A DNA stretch of 64,000 bases from Octopus sinensis. Its lineage: Eukaryota. A model generated the notes under the pieces. It searched no databases and was not told the origin of the DNA. It worked only from the letters and a program-made list of their open reading frames with translations. Position numbers and translations under genes: made by a program. The stretch is taken from contig NC_042997.1 of NCBI RefSeq assembly GCF_006345805.1, forward strand, positions 75,206,001 through 75,270,000. Direction: 5' to 3'. Below, piece by piece: positions 1 through 12,637 of the stretch (position 1 is its first letter; every line of letters begins with the position of its first letter).

Positions 1-178
1 CATATATATAAACATATATGTACGTACCTACCTCTACATGTACATATACACGCATATATGTGTACAGGACACCTATATATATACATATATGTATATATAT
101 ATATATATATTTGTAAAAAATGAAGTTCGAAAATGCTGCTGTATTATACAATTTTTAATTTTTATATATATACATTAT

Positions 179-212
179 AACATGTTTCAGTTCCTGAAAT
201 GAACTTTATCAA
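179..212 (-). ncRNA. Minimal hammerhead ribozyme motif, U3-A8 variant
   Basis: Minus strand reads TTGATAA-AGTTC-atttcag-GAACT-GAAAC-AT-GTT; identical to 15487-15520. Confidence 0.6.
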
Positions 213-592
213 AAAAAGTTATATATAAAAAAAGACAGCTCATGCCGTCAAACACAAGAAATTCATTTATAATACACAACGGAGTCAGACATCTTAGAGT
301 TCATGTATAGTTGATATATAGTTCATGTATAGTTGATATATAGTTTGAAGTATATGTTCAAAGTGTTCGATGCAGTGGCCCACGGTGGCGATACGTATTC
401 AATACAAAAAACAGATCAAAGTGGTGGAAAGCGGTCAATACAGAAGATTGATGTTTCCGAAAGAGCGAGGAATTCATTTTTACCTTAAGAAAATGTGATG
501 ACCCATGGTGGATGTTCGCTGGGTGGTTCTAATGAGTTTTTGTGAAGTGTTCGGTTTTATAATGCCTGTTAGATGGTCAATTCAGCGTAGCG

Positions 593-768
593 TGACGTCA
601 TCAACGTTTTGACCAATCGTTTCGTTAGGTGGCTTTAGTCAAGTAGAACGGGACGTCATCATTATTTTGACCAATCGCTGCATTATAACTGCCTCTTGTT
701 TGTTTCCTGTCCTGACCAGTCGCTTCGTTAGTCAAGCAGAACGGGACGTCATGCAGATTCTGCCCAAT
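593..768. promoter_or_regulatory. Three phased GACGTCA-N12-CCAAT modules in the PLE pseudo-LTR
   Basis: GACGTCA ends at 600, 658, 751; CCAAT starts at 613, 671, 764; the spacer is exactly 12 nt each time although spacer sequences differ. Function is inferred. Confidence 0.5.
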
Positions 769-928
769 CACGACTTATAGCTACATTAGATCTGCCCCCT
801 GTCTGTAATCAGAATCGGGTCTGACCCTTAGCTGTATCGTATGTATCAGGGTCAAATTTGCACGAAAGAATTTTTTTCCCTTTTTTACTTAGGTATATTT
901 CCGTCAGAGTGAGTGTCTGTTTGAAGGA

Positions 929-1741
929 TTTGCTAGAAGGATTTGCACCATAATATCAGACACAAACACCCGACACACACGTCTCCAGGAACTTAGAACC
1001 ACACTCACAAATAGAAACTATCCACAGCCCCTAATAGACAGTGCAATCCAACGGGTACTTAAATTAAGTATAGAAGACCTGAGACAAACAAAACCAAAAA
1101 AGAAAGAACAATTAAAAACCCTTCCCTACATTTCTACACACAACCCACTCAACAATGAGGCCTTCAACACCATACTACAAAGCACAGCCCTACTAAAGGG
1201 AGACCCAAAGATGAACCGGATCCTCGAAACACACACCATCATTAAAAGTAAACGGCAACCAAAATCCTTGAAAACGATTTTAAACCAAGCTACACTGCAC
1301 TCAACATCAACCACAAAACCAGCAGTTAGAAAATGTGGAAGGCCCAACTGCGGAATCTGTGTCATCTTGAAAGAAGGATCAGAATTTATACTGGAACAAG
1401 GCCACCAGTTCACCATTAGAACAAACTTCACCTGCGCATCAGAAAACTTAATTTACGTCATAACATGCGCAGGCTGCAATAGGCAGTATATAGGCCATAC
1501 AAAAAATAGCTTACGTAACAGGATGGCGGTGCATAAATCACAAATTAGAAACCCTGATTACCGCAAAATACCGGTCAGCGGACACATAGATAGATGTGCT
1601 GGAAATGTAAATCCGAAATTTACAACTAACCCGCTCTATAAATTCAGTGACAACGCAACCTTCACACAACGCCAAAATAAAGAACTATATTTCATAAAAA
1701 AATTTAGACCAAGTTTAAACACCCTGGGCCAGGAATACTAA
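929..1741 (+). CDS. PLE polyprotein C-terminal fragment (RT thumb/linker + GIY-YIG endonuclease), no native start
   Basis: Hand translation extends the 1211 ORF in frame to 929 (FARRICTIISD...NRNYPQPLIDSAI). It shows CGRPNCGIC linker, LIYVITCAGCNRQYIGHT GIY-YIG motif and KELYFIKKFRPSLN end. Confidence 0.9.
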   Translation, partial: FARRICTIISDTNTRHTRLQELRTTLTNRNYPQPLIDSAIQRVLKLSIEDLRQTKPKKKEQLKTLPYISTHNPLNNEAFNTILQSTALLKGDPKMNRILETHTIIKSKRQPKSLKTILNQATLHSTSTTKPAVRKCGRPNCGICVILKEGSEFILEQGHQFTIRTNFTCASENLIYVITCAGCNRQYIGHTKNSLRNRMAVHKSQIRNPDYRKIPVSGHIDRCAGNVNPKFTTNPLYKFSDNATFTQRQNKELYFIKKFRPSLNTLGQEY

Positions 1742-1959
1742 AACAAAAGATAAGTCCTCCGAAAAGGAGAAGCAAAATTCCACCACGACCGCTACTTCAA
1801 ACAGACACTCACTCTGACGGAAATATACCTAAGTAAAAAATTCTTTCGTGCAAATTTGACCCTGATACATACGATACAGCTAAGGGTCAGACCCGATTCT
1901 GATTGGTCAACAAGTTGATGACGTCTAGCTCAGCTAGAATGGACAGGATACAAACAGGG

Positions 1960-2140
1960 GATCTTTTCAATTCTGAAGCCAGGACCACAGATCTTTCTAC
2001 TTAACTAAATAATTTGAAACTTCGTATGCTGATAGAGTCTAGCAAAACAAGACACAAGTTGGAACTAGTTTATTTGAGAAAAATCTATTTTATGACTTTA
2101 ATCGTAGATTAAAACTGCGAATTTTAACCAATCAGATTGT
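1960..2140 (-). mobile_element. Remnant end of a non-autonomous DNA element; related copies at about 14545-14730 and 58240-58410
   Basis: Shared blocks TTGGTTAAAATT ... CTA(C/T)CAG(T/C)ATAYGAAGTTT ... GAAAAGATCC (last block absent in the 58 kb copy). Confidence 0.5.
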
Positions 2141-3534
2141 TTGTTTTCATGTGTAAAACTTGACTGCATTCTCTTAGTGTGACGTAGAAAGCGCTTTTGT
2201 GACGTACTAACGTTCGTTTGAAAACTGTAAACAATCTAAACTGATGTGAATATTGTTTTATTTTCTTCGCATGTATCCACATGTTCTTAATATTTTATAC
2301 ACGTGGACTCGTATCATTTACTTTGATAAAATTTTATTCGTGCACATCCGAATCATTTGCTTTGTAAACAAACAGGATAATTGAGTGCACTGCACTAGCA
2401 CCGTAATTATATTAACATTGGTTCATTATTCTTCTGGCATAGGCCAATTCCTGTTGCTGTAGATTTCCAGCTCATAACTTGTACTCGTTTTATCGACCCA
2501 CCTGTAACTGGCATATTTTGAACTTGATAAACATATATATGTAAACCTGAAAACATTTCGAGTATGTTATATATTTGTAGGGAACGGACGTGAAACCCAA
2601 GGCAATCCCATAAATCGGCCTTATCTAACTTTAATATATACTGTTCTATAACTTAGAGTGGGCTTCTTTTTTCGGATTTATGTTTACGGACGATATATAT
2701 ATATATATAAAGGTGAAAGTAAAGAATACGTACACTTGGTGCTTGGGGTTAGGGTTCAAGATACATAGGTTTTGAGTCTACAGATACAAAACCAAACATG
2801 ATAAAATCTTCTTTGCATTTCTTCAGTTTTGCCTTTTTAGCATTTGGTTCAGTTATTATTACAACTGATCATAAAAAAAATAAAAATAATAAATATTTTA
2901 TTTCTATAAATTTAAAGTATCAAATTTATTATTAAACAATATTATGTAGTGATCTATTAAAAATATCGAATTTATTATGAAACTGTTGTGATTATAAAAT
3001 TTAAATTATGTAGTTCTTGATTGTAATATATCATTGATTATATATTATACATCATTGATTCTTATGGAATAATTATTGAATTTTGTTTTCTTATTATTAT
3101 TCTGTCTTAATATAAATTATTATTAACTAACAGTGTCTTTATTATCGAACAATATTGTGTAGATCTGAAATGGCTTCAATTTTTTATGGCTACGAATTCT
3201 CTGGGGACCACTGGTAGGTTCCAGGGACCACATTGGGAATCACTGCTTTAAACAATACTGGATGAAATGAATATTGAAATTATTTACAAATTTTGTTAGT
3301 ACATGAAACATGTTATAATTTACAAGTTCCAGTAGAATATGTGACAAAGATAATATTCCTAGCTGAACTTATCCCCTTTAATTTTCTTGTACCAGAAACT
3401 TCCAACCCCAGCCAATATTAACGCCAGATAACTTACGCAGGACATTTTCATAATAAAGAAGAAAAAATTAAAAGGCTTTTTCTTTTAAACAAAAGAATTT
3501 TTATAAAGATATATATAAAGGATAGCTTTATGGT

Positions 3535-3690
3535 TGAAAAATTTGCTTCACACCCATGGGTTTCTGGGTTCAATTATGCTGTATGGTATATTGGGTAAGT
3601 GTCTTTTACTGTAGTCTTAGGTTGATCAATGTCATGTGAGTCAAATTGGGAGAATGATTCTATGAAGAAGCCCGCAAGATGTGTATGTGT
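3535..3690 (+). mobile_element. Degenerate tRNA-derived SINE (same family as 57683)
   Basis: Alignable by eye with 57700-57845 (GGGTTCA..., GTGTCTT.TACT.TAGTCT, GAAGAAGCCCG). Confidence 0.55.
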
Positions 3691-4304
3691 GTGTGTTCAT
3701 TTACATGTTTACTACTCTAGTATACTAGGCTATCAAAGGTTACTTTCAATGAACAGGCATCGTTAAAATGGGACCCTGCCCTATGTTTGGAATTATCTCT
3801 AATATTGATAGGGTCAATGAAAGACACCCAAAGACAGTGCCTGAGCATGGTCATAGCACACTGACTGAAATTAATAAAAGAAGAAACAATTCTAGGTTTC
3901 AAAACATTTTTTAATGATAAACATCCAAATGTAAAGACAATGTTAAATGACTTTTCTCGGTGTAAATGTATGCATACATGCATAAATGGAACTTCCTTCT
4001 AAGTAGAAGTTCACCCGAAACAAAAGTCATGGAAATTATTAGGATGAATATTCTTTGGGTGGGAGATCAGAATAAATAAAAGAATGCAAGTGAATGTGTC
4101 ATGTAAAGTGGGATGGGTGGGTTGGTGAGGTGCACAGCTGCCTTCAGAAACAACAGTAAAAAATCTTTGGTTTCATAATGGTTGAATCATTCGCCCAAAA
4201 CAATGAGATTTTTGTTTCTTTTTTAAGTGGGGGAATATTTATATTGATAGGAATCATTAATTAACAAGAAAATAATTATACATACACACACACATATATA
4301 TATA

Positions 4305-4531
4305 TATATACAAAACGAGAAAATGGAGAAATATATCCAAATCAATCATCAACCATCAGATAATACCGAATCAATACTTTATTAAACCACTACACAATAG
4401 CAATGATATTATACATTAATATAGTGCAAATATAACAAGACATAGAAATACATTTACATTGTAGCTGACAGCTGTTTCGGCCCATTTAACCTATTAGCCA
4501 TATAAAGCAGGTATAAATGAGACATTAACAA
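4305..4531 (-). mobile_element. PLE-type pseudo-LTR remnant with degenerate hammerhead
   Basis: Minus strand GGCC-GAAAC-AGCT-GTC followed by a tail homologous to 18751-18970 (TAATAAAGTATTGATT.GGTAT.ATCTG...TTTCTCCATTTTCT); ends at (TA)n. Confidence 0.55.
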
Positions 4532-5169
4532 GAATATCTCACAGAGAATTTAATGCAAGTATGAAAAAAATTTACATATAAATATAAATATGTGTGCATA
4601 CACACTCATATTCTTACATATATATATATATACACAATAATACAATATAAACAATATAGATCAATATACATCAACAAACACAATAATGTTCCATATTGAA
4701 CTCCACAGTTCCATAACCAACATCAAGAAACCACAACATGTACACTCACACTCAAAGCAGGCATATATATTGAACAGTCCAATATATTAAAATGTGCCAT
4801 TTCACAAAAAGTCAATAAAATTAATATCACCACGACTGATACATATATATATTTCAATCATATATATACATATATCATATGTATATATACATATAAATAT
4901 CATCAAATGCATGTATGTATCTGAATATGTCTTGTTTGATTTACATGTTTTTCGAGTCAAGTATGTTTTAAATTAAATCAGATGCCTTTCCTGTCATTAA
5001 CACTTGACTGTGTTTTAAATAAGGAATCTCTTAATTACACATGTCTTGAAAGGCTTGAAGTAAGCAGACAATTTGTCAACCAGAGAAATGACAACAGCAA
5101 ACCTTGTAGCTTGCAACTTTTATAGAGCACAAACATAAACAGATATACACACATATTATATAGATAGAT

Positions 5170-5315
5170 TTCTTACAGGTTCCATCTATCAAATTCACTC
5201 ACAAGGATTTGGTCAATCTTGGCTATCATAAGTGATACTTGGCGAAGTTTGCCATGCACTGGGACTGAGCTCAAAACCATATGATTAAGAAGGGAACTAC
5301 GTGCCTGTGCCTTCT
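5170..5315 (-). mobile_element. Degenerate SINE 5' half
   Basis: Reverse complement resembles 57690-57830 (CATATGGTT..GAG.TCAGTCCCA.TGC, GTGAGTGAATTTGATAGATGGAA). Confidence 0.55.
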
Positions 5316-5344
5316 ATCAGTCTTTCTGTACATATGTATGCGTG

Positions 5345-5386
<42 letters not shown>

Positions 5387-5879
5387 TATAGTATGTAGAT
5401 AGGCTTGTAATCGAAGCCGTGTCCTCGTGAAGCACACCTGTATATTCCAGTATGCCAATATTGTATGTAGATGTTATAATTGTGTGAGGTATGTATAAGA
5501 GTAGAAAAATATTGGAAAATAATATTTGCCGAGTAATTACGCATCAAAACAGTAGAGTGGAAAATATTTTTAGTATTATTTATTCACCATTGCACATGTT
5601 TCATTTGCTAGTACGAGTTAGAATATTATACATGTAAGAGAAAATTATAAAATATCTCTTATTAAAAACTCCTCAGACAGCGAATCAATTATCAGATTGA
5701 ATAAAAAATAAGCAACGTTTTGAACCATGAAGAATTTGTACCAGATTTTTGCAGGGTTTTGAATTTTTGTTAAACATTTTTTTGCAGTTGTCTGATAATA
5801 CAGATATAAACTTACCCAAATGCATCAATAAATTAACATTTATATTTTTTTTTCCCCATTCATACAATCATCTGAAAGG

Positions 5880-6851
5880 GAACTGTGAAAGTGCGATATT
5901 TGAGCAGTTTTGCAATTCAACTTCAAAAAAGGATGTAAAGCAGCTAAAACTGTTCATGATATCAATGAAACATTTGGTGGGGAAATGACCAGTAAGAGGT
6001 CAGCTTGAAAATGGTTTAAATGATTTTGCAGATTGTGAGCATTATGGACGCCCATCTGTCATCGATGACAGTCAAGTAGAGACTGTCATTGAGAAAGATC
6101 CATATAAAACCACTTGAGAACTGGCAAAAGAACTTCAAGTTAGTCAGAAAACTGCCTGCAACCATTTTCATGCAATCAGAAAATAAAAAAGGCTCGACAA
6201 ATTTGAATGAAAATCAGAAAATGCTTATTGCTTCTTCTCCGCAACCAGACCAATCCATTTCTTGACCATATTGTAACTTGCAATGAAAAGTGGATTCTGT
6301 ACAATAAAAAACGTTCTTTGCAGTGGTTGGAGCAAAATGAAGCACCAAAAACCTTCCCTAAACCCAAGCTCTTCAAAAAGAAGGTTATGGTGACTGCTTG
6401 GTGGTGTACTTTTGGAATCATCCATTATAACTTTTTAAAATCTGGAAAAAACATTACTGCAGAAACATATTGTCATGAAATTGCCAAAATGAAAGAAAAA
6501 CCGCTAATCCTCTGTCCCAGACTGGTCAACAGAAGAGGGCCAATCATTCTTCATAACAATGCTTGACCATAAATTTCACTAATGATGCTCCAAAAGTTGA
6601 AGGAACTTGGCTATGAATTTCTTCCCCACCCAGCTTATTCCCCAGACCTTTCTCCTACCGACTACCACTTTTTCAAGCACCTTGATGGTTTCCTGAAAGA
6701 GAAGGAGTTAAAAAATCAAACTGATGCTGAAACTGTGTTCAAGGAGTTCATCAGCTCCAGAACTCCAGATTTTTATGTTACCAGAATAAACAAACTTGTA
6801 ACTCATTGGCACAAATGTGTTGATTGTAATGGTACTTACTTTGATGAATAA
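5880..6851 (+). pseudogene. Mariner (DD34D) transposase pseudogene, Hsmar1-like
   Basis: FNFKKGCKAA N-terminus, IVTCNEKWILYN, KLFKKKVMVTAWW, HNNA (catalytic D changed to N), HPAYSPDLSPTDYHFFKHLD. Stops and frameshifts; no TIRs recognised. Confidence 0.92.
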
Positions 6852-8329
6852 GAACTACACATACAAACCTATCTGTAGATAGAATAACAAAAAGAGAGGA
6901 GAGACACAGGCAGTAATAGAGAAGCTAGTTATATTAGTCAGTAATTGTTAGACTTTTTGAGAAAATCTAAAATATATAAGTTTACTTGTATGTCTGTATC
7001 CAACAATGTATATTATTCTCAGACTTGCACGTTATTTGAAATACAAAAAGGTCACAAATTTCCACAACTTTCACATATATTGCTCAGATGAAACTTGGCT
7101 GAGTGACCCAAGTGTCTTATGTTCAGTAATCTTCTATTTATTAGACAAGACAAACATGTAAGCACTGAGGTGCGACTGGCACCTTTATTTATGATACTGA
7201 GAATGATGGATTTTAGTTCAAATAAGAATGCAATTATTTTGTTTAACATTGTTACAGTAGTTTGTTTTAATATTAAAAGTGATGTAATTCAATTTAAAAG
7301 ATCTCTGATATCACTGTTAAAAACCAGTGTTCAATTCTTGTTTCATCTTAACTCCTTAACATTCAGATTGTTTATTCACATTGCTTTGAATTAATCATGC
7401 ATTACCTGTAGCCTTGAGATTTAATTGATCTGATTGCTTATTTTTAGATTGACTTTCTAGAGGCCAGGCCTGACCGGTTTGAACATAAAACAGGTAGAAT
7501 ATTTGGGCCAGATATGGCCGGTTTAAATGCTAAAAGGAGAAACATATCAATTAAAATCTTTCTTGCTACATGGAGAGGAAGCCACTCTGTCATGTGTTAA
7601 CATCATCAGATGATCTAGTTCTTATTCCCAATGTTTCAATAATGTGAAGTGTCATCATGTAGTCAACATCATTTAACATCCATGTTTCATGCTGGCATGG
7701 GTTGGACAGTTTGACGACGAAGAATTAATTGTTATGTCCAAATATACAATGAAACATCAATGCTTCATTGCATATATATAAGCAGATAAAAAAAATCATA
7801 GTGACTGCCTGCAAGCGAGTATGACTTAGTAATGTATATCATGCTTTCACTCATTATTTTAAGTGTCTACATAGTTACAAGCAGATAGACACTCTACTGA
7901 CCTTCTCACCTTTATCTCATAATTTTGTTGATCCAAACACCTGATTAATAATTCAAGAAAGTAGTTATTTTACTCAGACTGTTCAAATTGATTATGTTTA
8001 TTTACTTGGGAACATGACTATAAAAGAATTTAGCATCAAATTTGATTTCAACTTACATTTTCCACAGCTATTCTAACAACAGTGTAATAATACTTCTGTA
8101 ACCTCTCGGAGGAAACATGACTCCTCCTTCACTCCTCTCCACCCTTCATTTATGGTTTGAGAATAATTCTATAATTGTTGTAAACTGGAATGGAACTTAC
8201 TCTCTTTCTGCTCACATCCATTCTCCATTTAATGCTACTTGGTTTGCATCTTTTAGAGAGATAGATTAGATAAAATGGACTCAAAGACCAACTAGAAAGT
8301 GAAAGTAGTATCTAACTTAGGATGTCTCA

Positions 8330-8590
8330 TAGATAGTGGTGGCAATGGTGTTGGAGGTGGTAGATGTGGTTATCATGGCAGTGGTGGTGGTGGTGTAGTG
8401 TTGACAGTGGATGTGTATGATGGCAGCAATTATAGTGTTGGTGTTTTTGCAGAGGTGGTGGTGGTGGCGGAAGTGGATGATGATGATAATGATGATGATA
8501 GAAGTAGTGGCATTGATTATGTTAGGATGTCTCAGTAGTGGTTGTGAAGATGATTCTGATATTGATAGTCTTTGCATTGAGGTGGTGGCA
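8330..8590. repeat. GGT/GAT trinucleotide low-complexity tract
   Basis: Visible (GGT)n and (GAT)n runs. Confidence 0.85.
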
Positions 8591-9992
8591 GAGTCAGAGT
8601 AAATAATAAGAGCCCAGTTAACACAAGATTCTTAAATTTTGGAGATCTTAAGATAGAGAGCAAGAAGATTCTTCAACTATTTTATAAGAAAGGGGTTAAT
8701 GGCAGGTTGTATACCAAAAAATACATAAATAAATTACTGTTTTATTCTTTGGCAACACGTGTTTCATGAGGTACATCCTCGGGTTCCTAAATCACACCTT
8801 GTTTCCCTGGAACCCCTCTCAAGATGCCAACACAATCATCAAGCCCTGTTAGTGTGTGTGAAGAGACAGAGAGAGTAATGTGTGAAAGAGAGAGATAACT
8901 GAAATTTTTTACTCGGTGTATCATCATCATCATCATCATCATCGTTTAACGTCCGTTTTCCATGCTAGCATGGGTTGGACGGTTCAACCGGGATCTGGGA
9001 AGCCAGAAGGCTGCACCAGGCTCCAGTCTGATCTGGCAGTGTTTCTACAGCTGGATGCCCTTCATAATGCCAACCACTCCGTGAGTGTAGTGGGTACTTT
9101 TTATGTGCCAGTGGCACAGGTGCCAGAGGGGTCTGGCATCGGCCACGTTCGGATGGTGCTTTTTATGTGTCACCGGCACAGGTATCACAACTACTGTTTC
9201 CATTGATATTTGGTTTGATGTTCATGTACATGCACTTGACTCAACAGGTCTCCTCAAGCACAGTGAGATGTTCCGGGATTCAAGGTACTTTGAATGGGCA
9301 GGGGGTATGCGGAACTGGTGCCGGAAGCATCACGGGTCTTAGTAGTCACAGCACATCTCCAGAGATCTCAGTCCTTCGCCATTGCCTCGGTGAGACCCAA
9401 CGCTCTGAGGTCATGCTTGCCTACCTCATCCCATGTCTTCCTGGGTCTACCTCTCCCCCTGATTCCTTCAACTGTTCGGGAGTGGCACTTCTTCACACAT
9501 CTCTCCTTATCCATCCGCAGTACATGACCATACCATCGCAAGCGTCGCTCTTGCACACCGCATCTGATGCTTCTTATAATAATAATAATAATGAAATTAT
9601 TGTATACAGTGCTCAGGTGCACCACAACTTGTCAGAAAGTGCATATAAAGTACATGCAGCAATGTAGAAATGTCTGGAAAGTGAACATGCTTGTGTGTGT
9701 ATGGAGGGGAGAAAATCAAGTGTAGTGTTGGCGAATCTCAAGAAGCATGGAAGTTTTGAAGGATGCAGTGCTCCGACAACTAACAACCGATGCCGGCAGT
9801 TTGTTCCACGCTTCATGGGAGCTGTGCTGTTTTCTTACTTTGTAAATATGTCCACGGGTGTTAGATGGGTGGAGTTTGAAGAGGTGCTCAGAGTTATTGT
9901 TTGTGCGATGGTTGATAATTTTATGGGTGTCTGCCAAGTCAGCTGCCAGACGTCGGAGTTTTAATGTGTCCATGCCCAGGGAAGTAAGGCGT

Positions 9993-11177
9993 TCAGGATA
10001 TGGCAAATTTGAGACTAGTGTTGTGGAGGGAGTAGGTGGACGCTGGGTTTCTCCTCCCAAAATGCATGGTGGTACATTTGTCCACAGCCAGCTTCAGTTG
10101 CCAGTCCATGATCCACTGCTGCATTGTGTCCAGGTCTGCTTGCAATAGAGATCCATAGTGTACAGGATTTGACCTCTTTATTTGGAGGTACAGCTTGATG
10201 TCATCTGCATATTTCAGCACTATGGCATTCTTTAAGTTGGCATCTATGTCATTAACATATGCAACAAATAAAAGAGGGCCAAGAACAGATCCCTGCGGCA
10301 CACCAGATGTCATCTCATAGGGCGAAGAGTGCTGTCCTAGAACTGTGACAACCTCTTTTCGGCCGAAAATAAAGGACTTTAACCAGTTATAGAGTTCGTC
10401 TCTTACACCCAACGCAGAAAGCTTCACCATAAGTCTTTTGTGTGGCACAGAGTTAAAAGCCTTAGCAAAGTCCAGGTAAACAACATCCACCCAGGATCCG
10501 CGATCAGTGATTTGGGTAACGTCCTCAAGAAACTCGATGAGTTGATTACAGCAGCTGGAGTTAGGAATAAATCCGAATTGTGACGGCTGGCTGAGGCTGT
10601 GAGACTTCCAGAAGTTCCAGAGGGTTTCTCTGATACAGGATTCCATCAGTTTGGCGATGCAGCTAGTAAGACTGACGGGGCGATAGTTGACAGGCGATGT
10701 GCGGTCGCCTTTTTTTAACAGAGGGATGACACTGGCAGTTTTCCACTGTTCTGGAGTAACACCATTGTCGAGACAGAATTGGAAGAATAGAGAAAGTTGG
10801 CATAGAAGAAAGTACCCACTGCGTTTGAGAAGTAGGTATGTAACACCATTGAGACCAGGAGAGGCATAATTGCGTTTATTCTTTAGGTGGCGTTGCAGCA
10901 TTGCTGGTGTAAATTGCATAGAAGATATAGAGTCCGATGTCAGTGGTGATGATGATGGAACATTTTGGTCTTCGACAGTAAAGATGCCGGCATAGCATCC
11001 AGCAATGATTTCTGCACATTCTTCGGGATTGCCAGTAATCTGTCCTGTGTGGGGATTGCGAAGGGGACCAACAGGAGAGTGGGGTCTCTGCTTTGAGTGC
11101 ACATACTTCCAGAACCCTTTGCTGTCAGGGTTAGCTGCAATGCGTTGTTCAAATTCAAGCACTGCCTTTTTTGTCAC
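9993..11177 (-). CDS. LINE ORF2 reverse transcriptase domain
   Basis: NYRPVSLTS, QFGF, YLDFAKAFNSVPH, SGVPQGSVLGPLLF, KYADDIK. Confidence 0.93.
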   Translation of the reverse strand: MTKKAVLEFEQRIAANPDSKGFWKYVHSKQRPHSPVGPLRNPHTGQITGNPEECAEIIAGCYAGIFTVEDQNVPSSSPLTSDSISSMQFTPAMLQRHLKNKRNYASPGLNGVTYLLLKRSGYFLLCQLSLFFQFCLDNGVTPEQWKTASVIPLLKKGDRTSPVNYRPVSLTSCIAKLMESCIRETLWNFWKSHSLSQPSQFGFIPNSSCCNQLIEFLEDVTQITDRGSWVDVVYLDFAKAFNSVPHKRLMVKLSALGVRDELYNWLKSFIFGRKEVVTVLGQHSSPYEMTSGVPQGSVLGPLLFVAYVNDIDANLKNAIVLKYADDIKLYLQIKRSNPVHYGSLLQADLDTMQQWIMDWQLKLAVDKCTTMHFGRRNPASTYSLHNTSLKFAIS

Positions 11178-12385
11178 CTGCTTGAGGTGGTTGGCTGACC
11201 TATTGCGCTTTTACCTGTTGCTCTCTGATTTATGCAATTTGTATTCCGTTCAGCATTACGGCGTTCTTTCCTGGCAAGTCGGACTGCTGCAGTCTCCCAA
11301 ATTGCACTATTGGGTGGTTTTTTGTGCTTGCGTGGTACTGATGCTGCACATGCTGCCCATATTGAATTCAGAATGTTCTGGAGTATAGTGTCCACATCTC
11401 CAGAGGCATAAAATTCGCGCCAGTTTGGGCGTTGCAGCTCAGTACAATAAGAGCTCCAGTTTGCTTTATTCCAGTCAAAGCGGGCAATCTGAAGATGGTT
11501 GTGTTTTTTGTTACAACCAATCAGAGACAAGTCGGCCATGATCATGGAATGATCAGAGTCACCCAAAGGTTCTTCGGTAGCGACACTAATGATTGTTTCA
11601 GGAGAAGCGGTTAGTAGCAGATCCAAAGTCTTGTTACCTCTTGTGGGGGAGGTAACAACTTGGGACCAATTCGAATTCAGCACCAGTTCAAGAAAATCGT
11701 CTGCACTTTGCGGCCAACAGAAGGCCTCCCAGTCAATCTCAGGGAAATTGAAGTCCCCCGCAACATACACATATGTGGCTGTTTTCATGGCAGCCGCCCT
11801 GAGGAGATCAAAAAGCTGTGCGTCTTGGCGATAATTTGGAGGACGGTAAACGACTCCGAGCAGAAGTGTTGACATGGTCATGTGTACATTGCAGAAAAAT
11901 ACCTCCTGCTGAGATTGGTTCAAATCATCACAGGGGATTGCCGAAAGACTTGATCGAACATAAATCATCACACCCCCTCCACGGCGATTAATGCGGTCTT
12001 TGCGGAACAGGTTGTAGCCGGCTATGCTGAAAACTCCATCACAGAGTGCAGAGTGTGCCCACGTTTCCGTGACTGTGATGAAATCTGGGTTGATACTTTT
12101 GACGTAGGAGACAAAAAGATGCACCTTGTTGCATAAACTACGGGCATTCAAGGACAGCAGTTTATATCTGGATTTCAGATGATGATATACAGGGGATGGC
12201 TGATTGTTCTTGGTTAGTTTCCCCAAGATTTTTGCATTGCCAGTTGTTGTTGTGGGTGTAGTCTGCTCAGTCCAACTGGCATCCCTTATCCACAACTCAC
12301 CAGACTTGATGAATGTCCAGATCTGCCCATCATCGCGGAGGCTAAAACTCTCCCGTGTCACAGAGTTGCGATTTAGGGAAGCCAC
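11174..12385 (-). CDS. LINE ORF2 apurinic-like endonuclease domain (frameshifted from RT)
   Basis: LSLNARSL, ITVTETW, RKDRINRRGGGVMIYV, GVVYRPP, AGDFNFP, TLDLLLT, SDHSMI. Confidence 0.93.
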   Translation of the reverse strand: MASLNRNSVTRESFSLRDDGQIWTFIKSGELWIRDASWTEQTTPTTTTGNAKILGKLTKNNQPSPVYHHLKSRYKLLSLNARSLCNKVHLFVSYVKSINPDFITVTETWAHSALCDGVFSIAGYNLFRKDRINRRGGGVMIYVRSSLSAIPCDDLNQSQQEVFFCNVHMTMSTLLLGVVYRPPNYRQDAQLFDLLRAAAMKTATYVYVAGDFNFPEIDWEAFCWPQSADDFLELVLNSNWSQVVTSPTRGNKTLDLLLTASPETIISVATEEPLGDSDHSMIMADLSLIGCNKKHNHLQIARFDWNKANWSSYCTELQRPNWREFYASGDVDTILQNILNSIWAACAASVPRKHKKPPNSAIWETAAVRLARKERRNAERNTNCINQRATGKSAIGQPTTSSR

Positions 12386-12637
12386 GGATTCTTATGCCTA
12401 GCATTTCTCTCAGGGTGCTTACACTCTGTCGTGCATTCACACTGACATTACACATCCAGCGGATCATGCTAGCTTCATTTCTTTCAAGTCTACGCATGTC
12501 CTCTGCAGTCACGGCCCATGTTTCACTGCCGTGAAGCATGGCAGTTCGCACACATGCATCATACAATCTACCTTTCACTCTGAATGAGATACCCTTTGTC
12601 GCCAGTAGGGGTAGCAGCTTTCTAAACTTTTCCCAGG

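Larger units (their letters stand above)
104..1965 (+). mobile_element. 5'-truncated Penelope-like element (Neptune-like) with an inverted pseudo-LTR/3'UTR copy at its 5' break
   Basis: GIY-YIG ORF on +. 807-926 is the reverse complement of 1795-1904 (one ~10 nt indel), and the inverted copy continues leftward to about 104, ending at a (TA)n tract. Inverted pLTRs at 5' truncations are an established PLE feature. Confidence 0.85.
9578..12388 (-). mobile_element. CR1/L2-group LINE, 5'-truncated, nested in the RTE
   Basis: 7-bp TSD TTCTTAT at 9571-9577 and 12389-12395; (ATT)n 3' tail at 9578; APE and RT domains; internal deletion near 10025. Confidence 0.92.

Noticed and set aside
8299-8602. 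Gly/Asp-rich or His-rich ORFs
   Set aside because: Trinucleotide low-complexity sequence with no splice or domain support.
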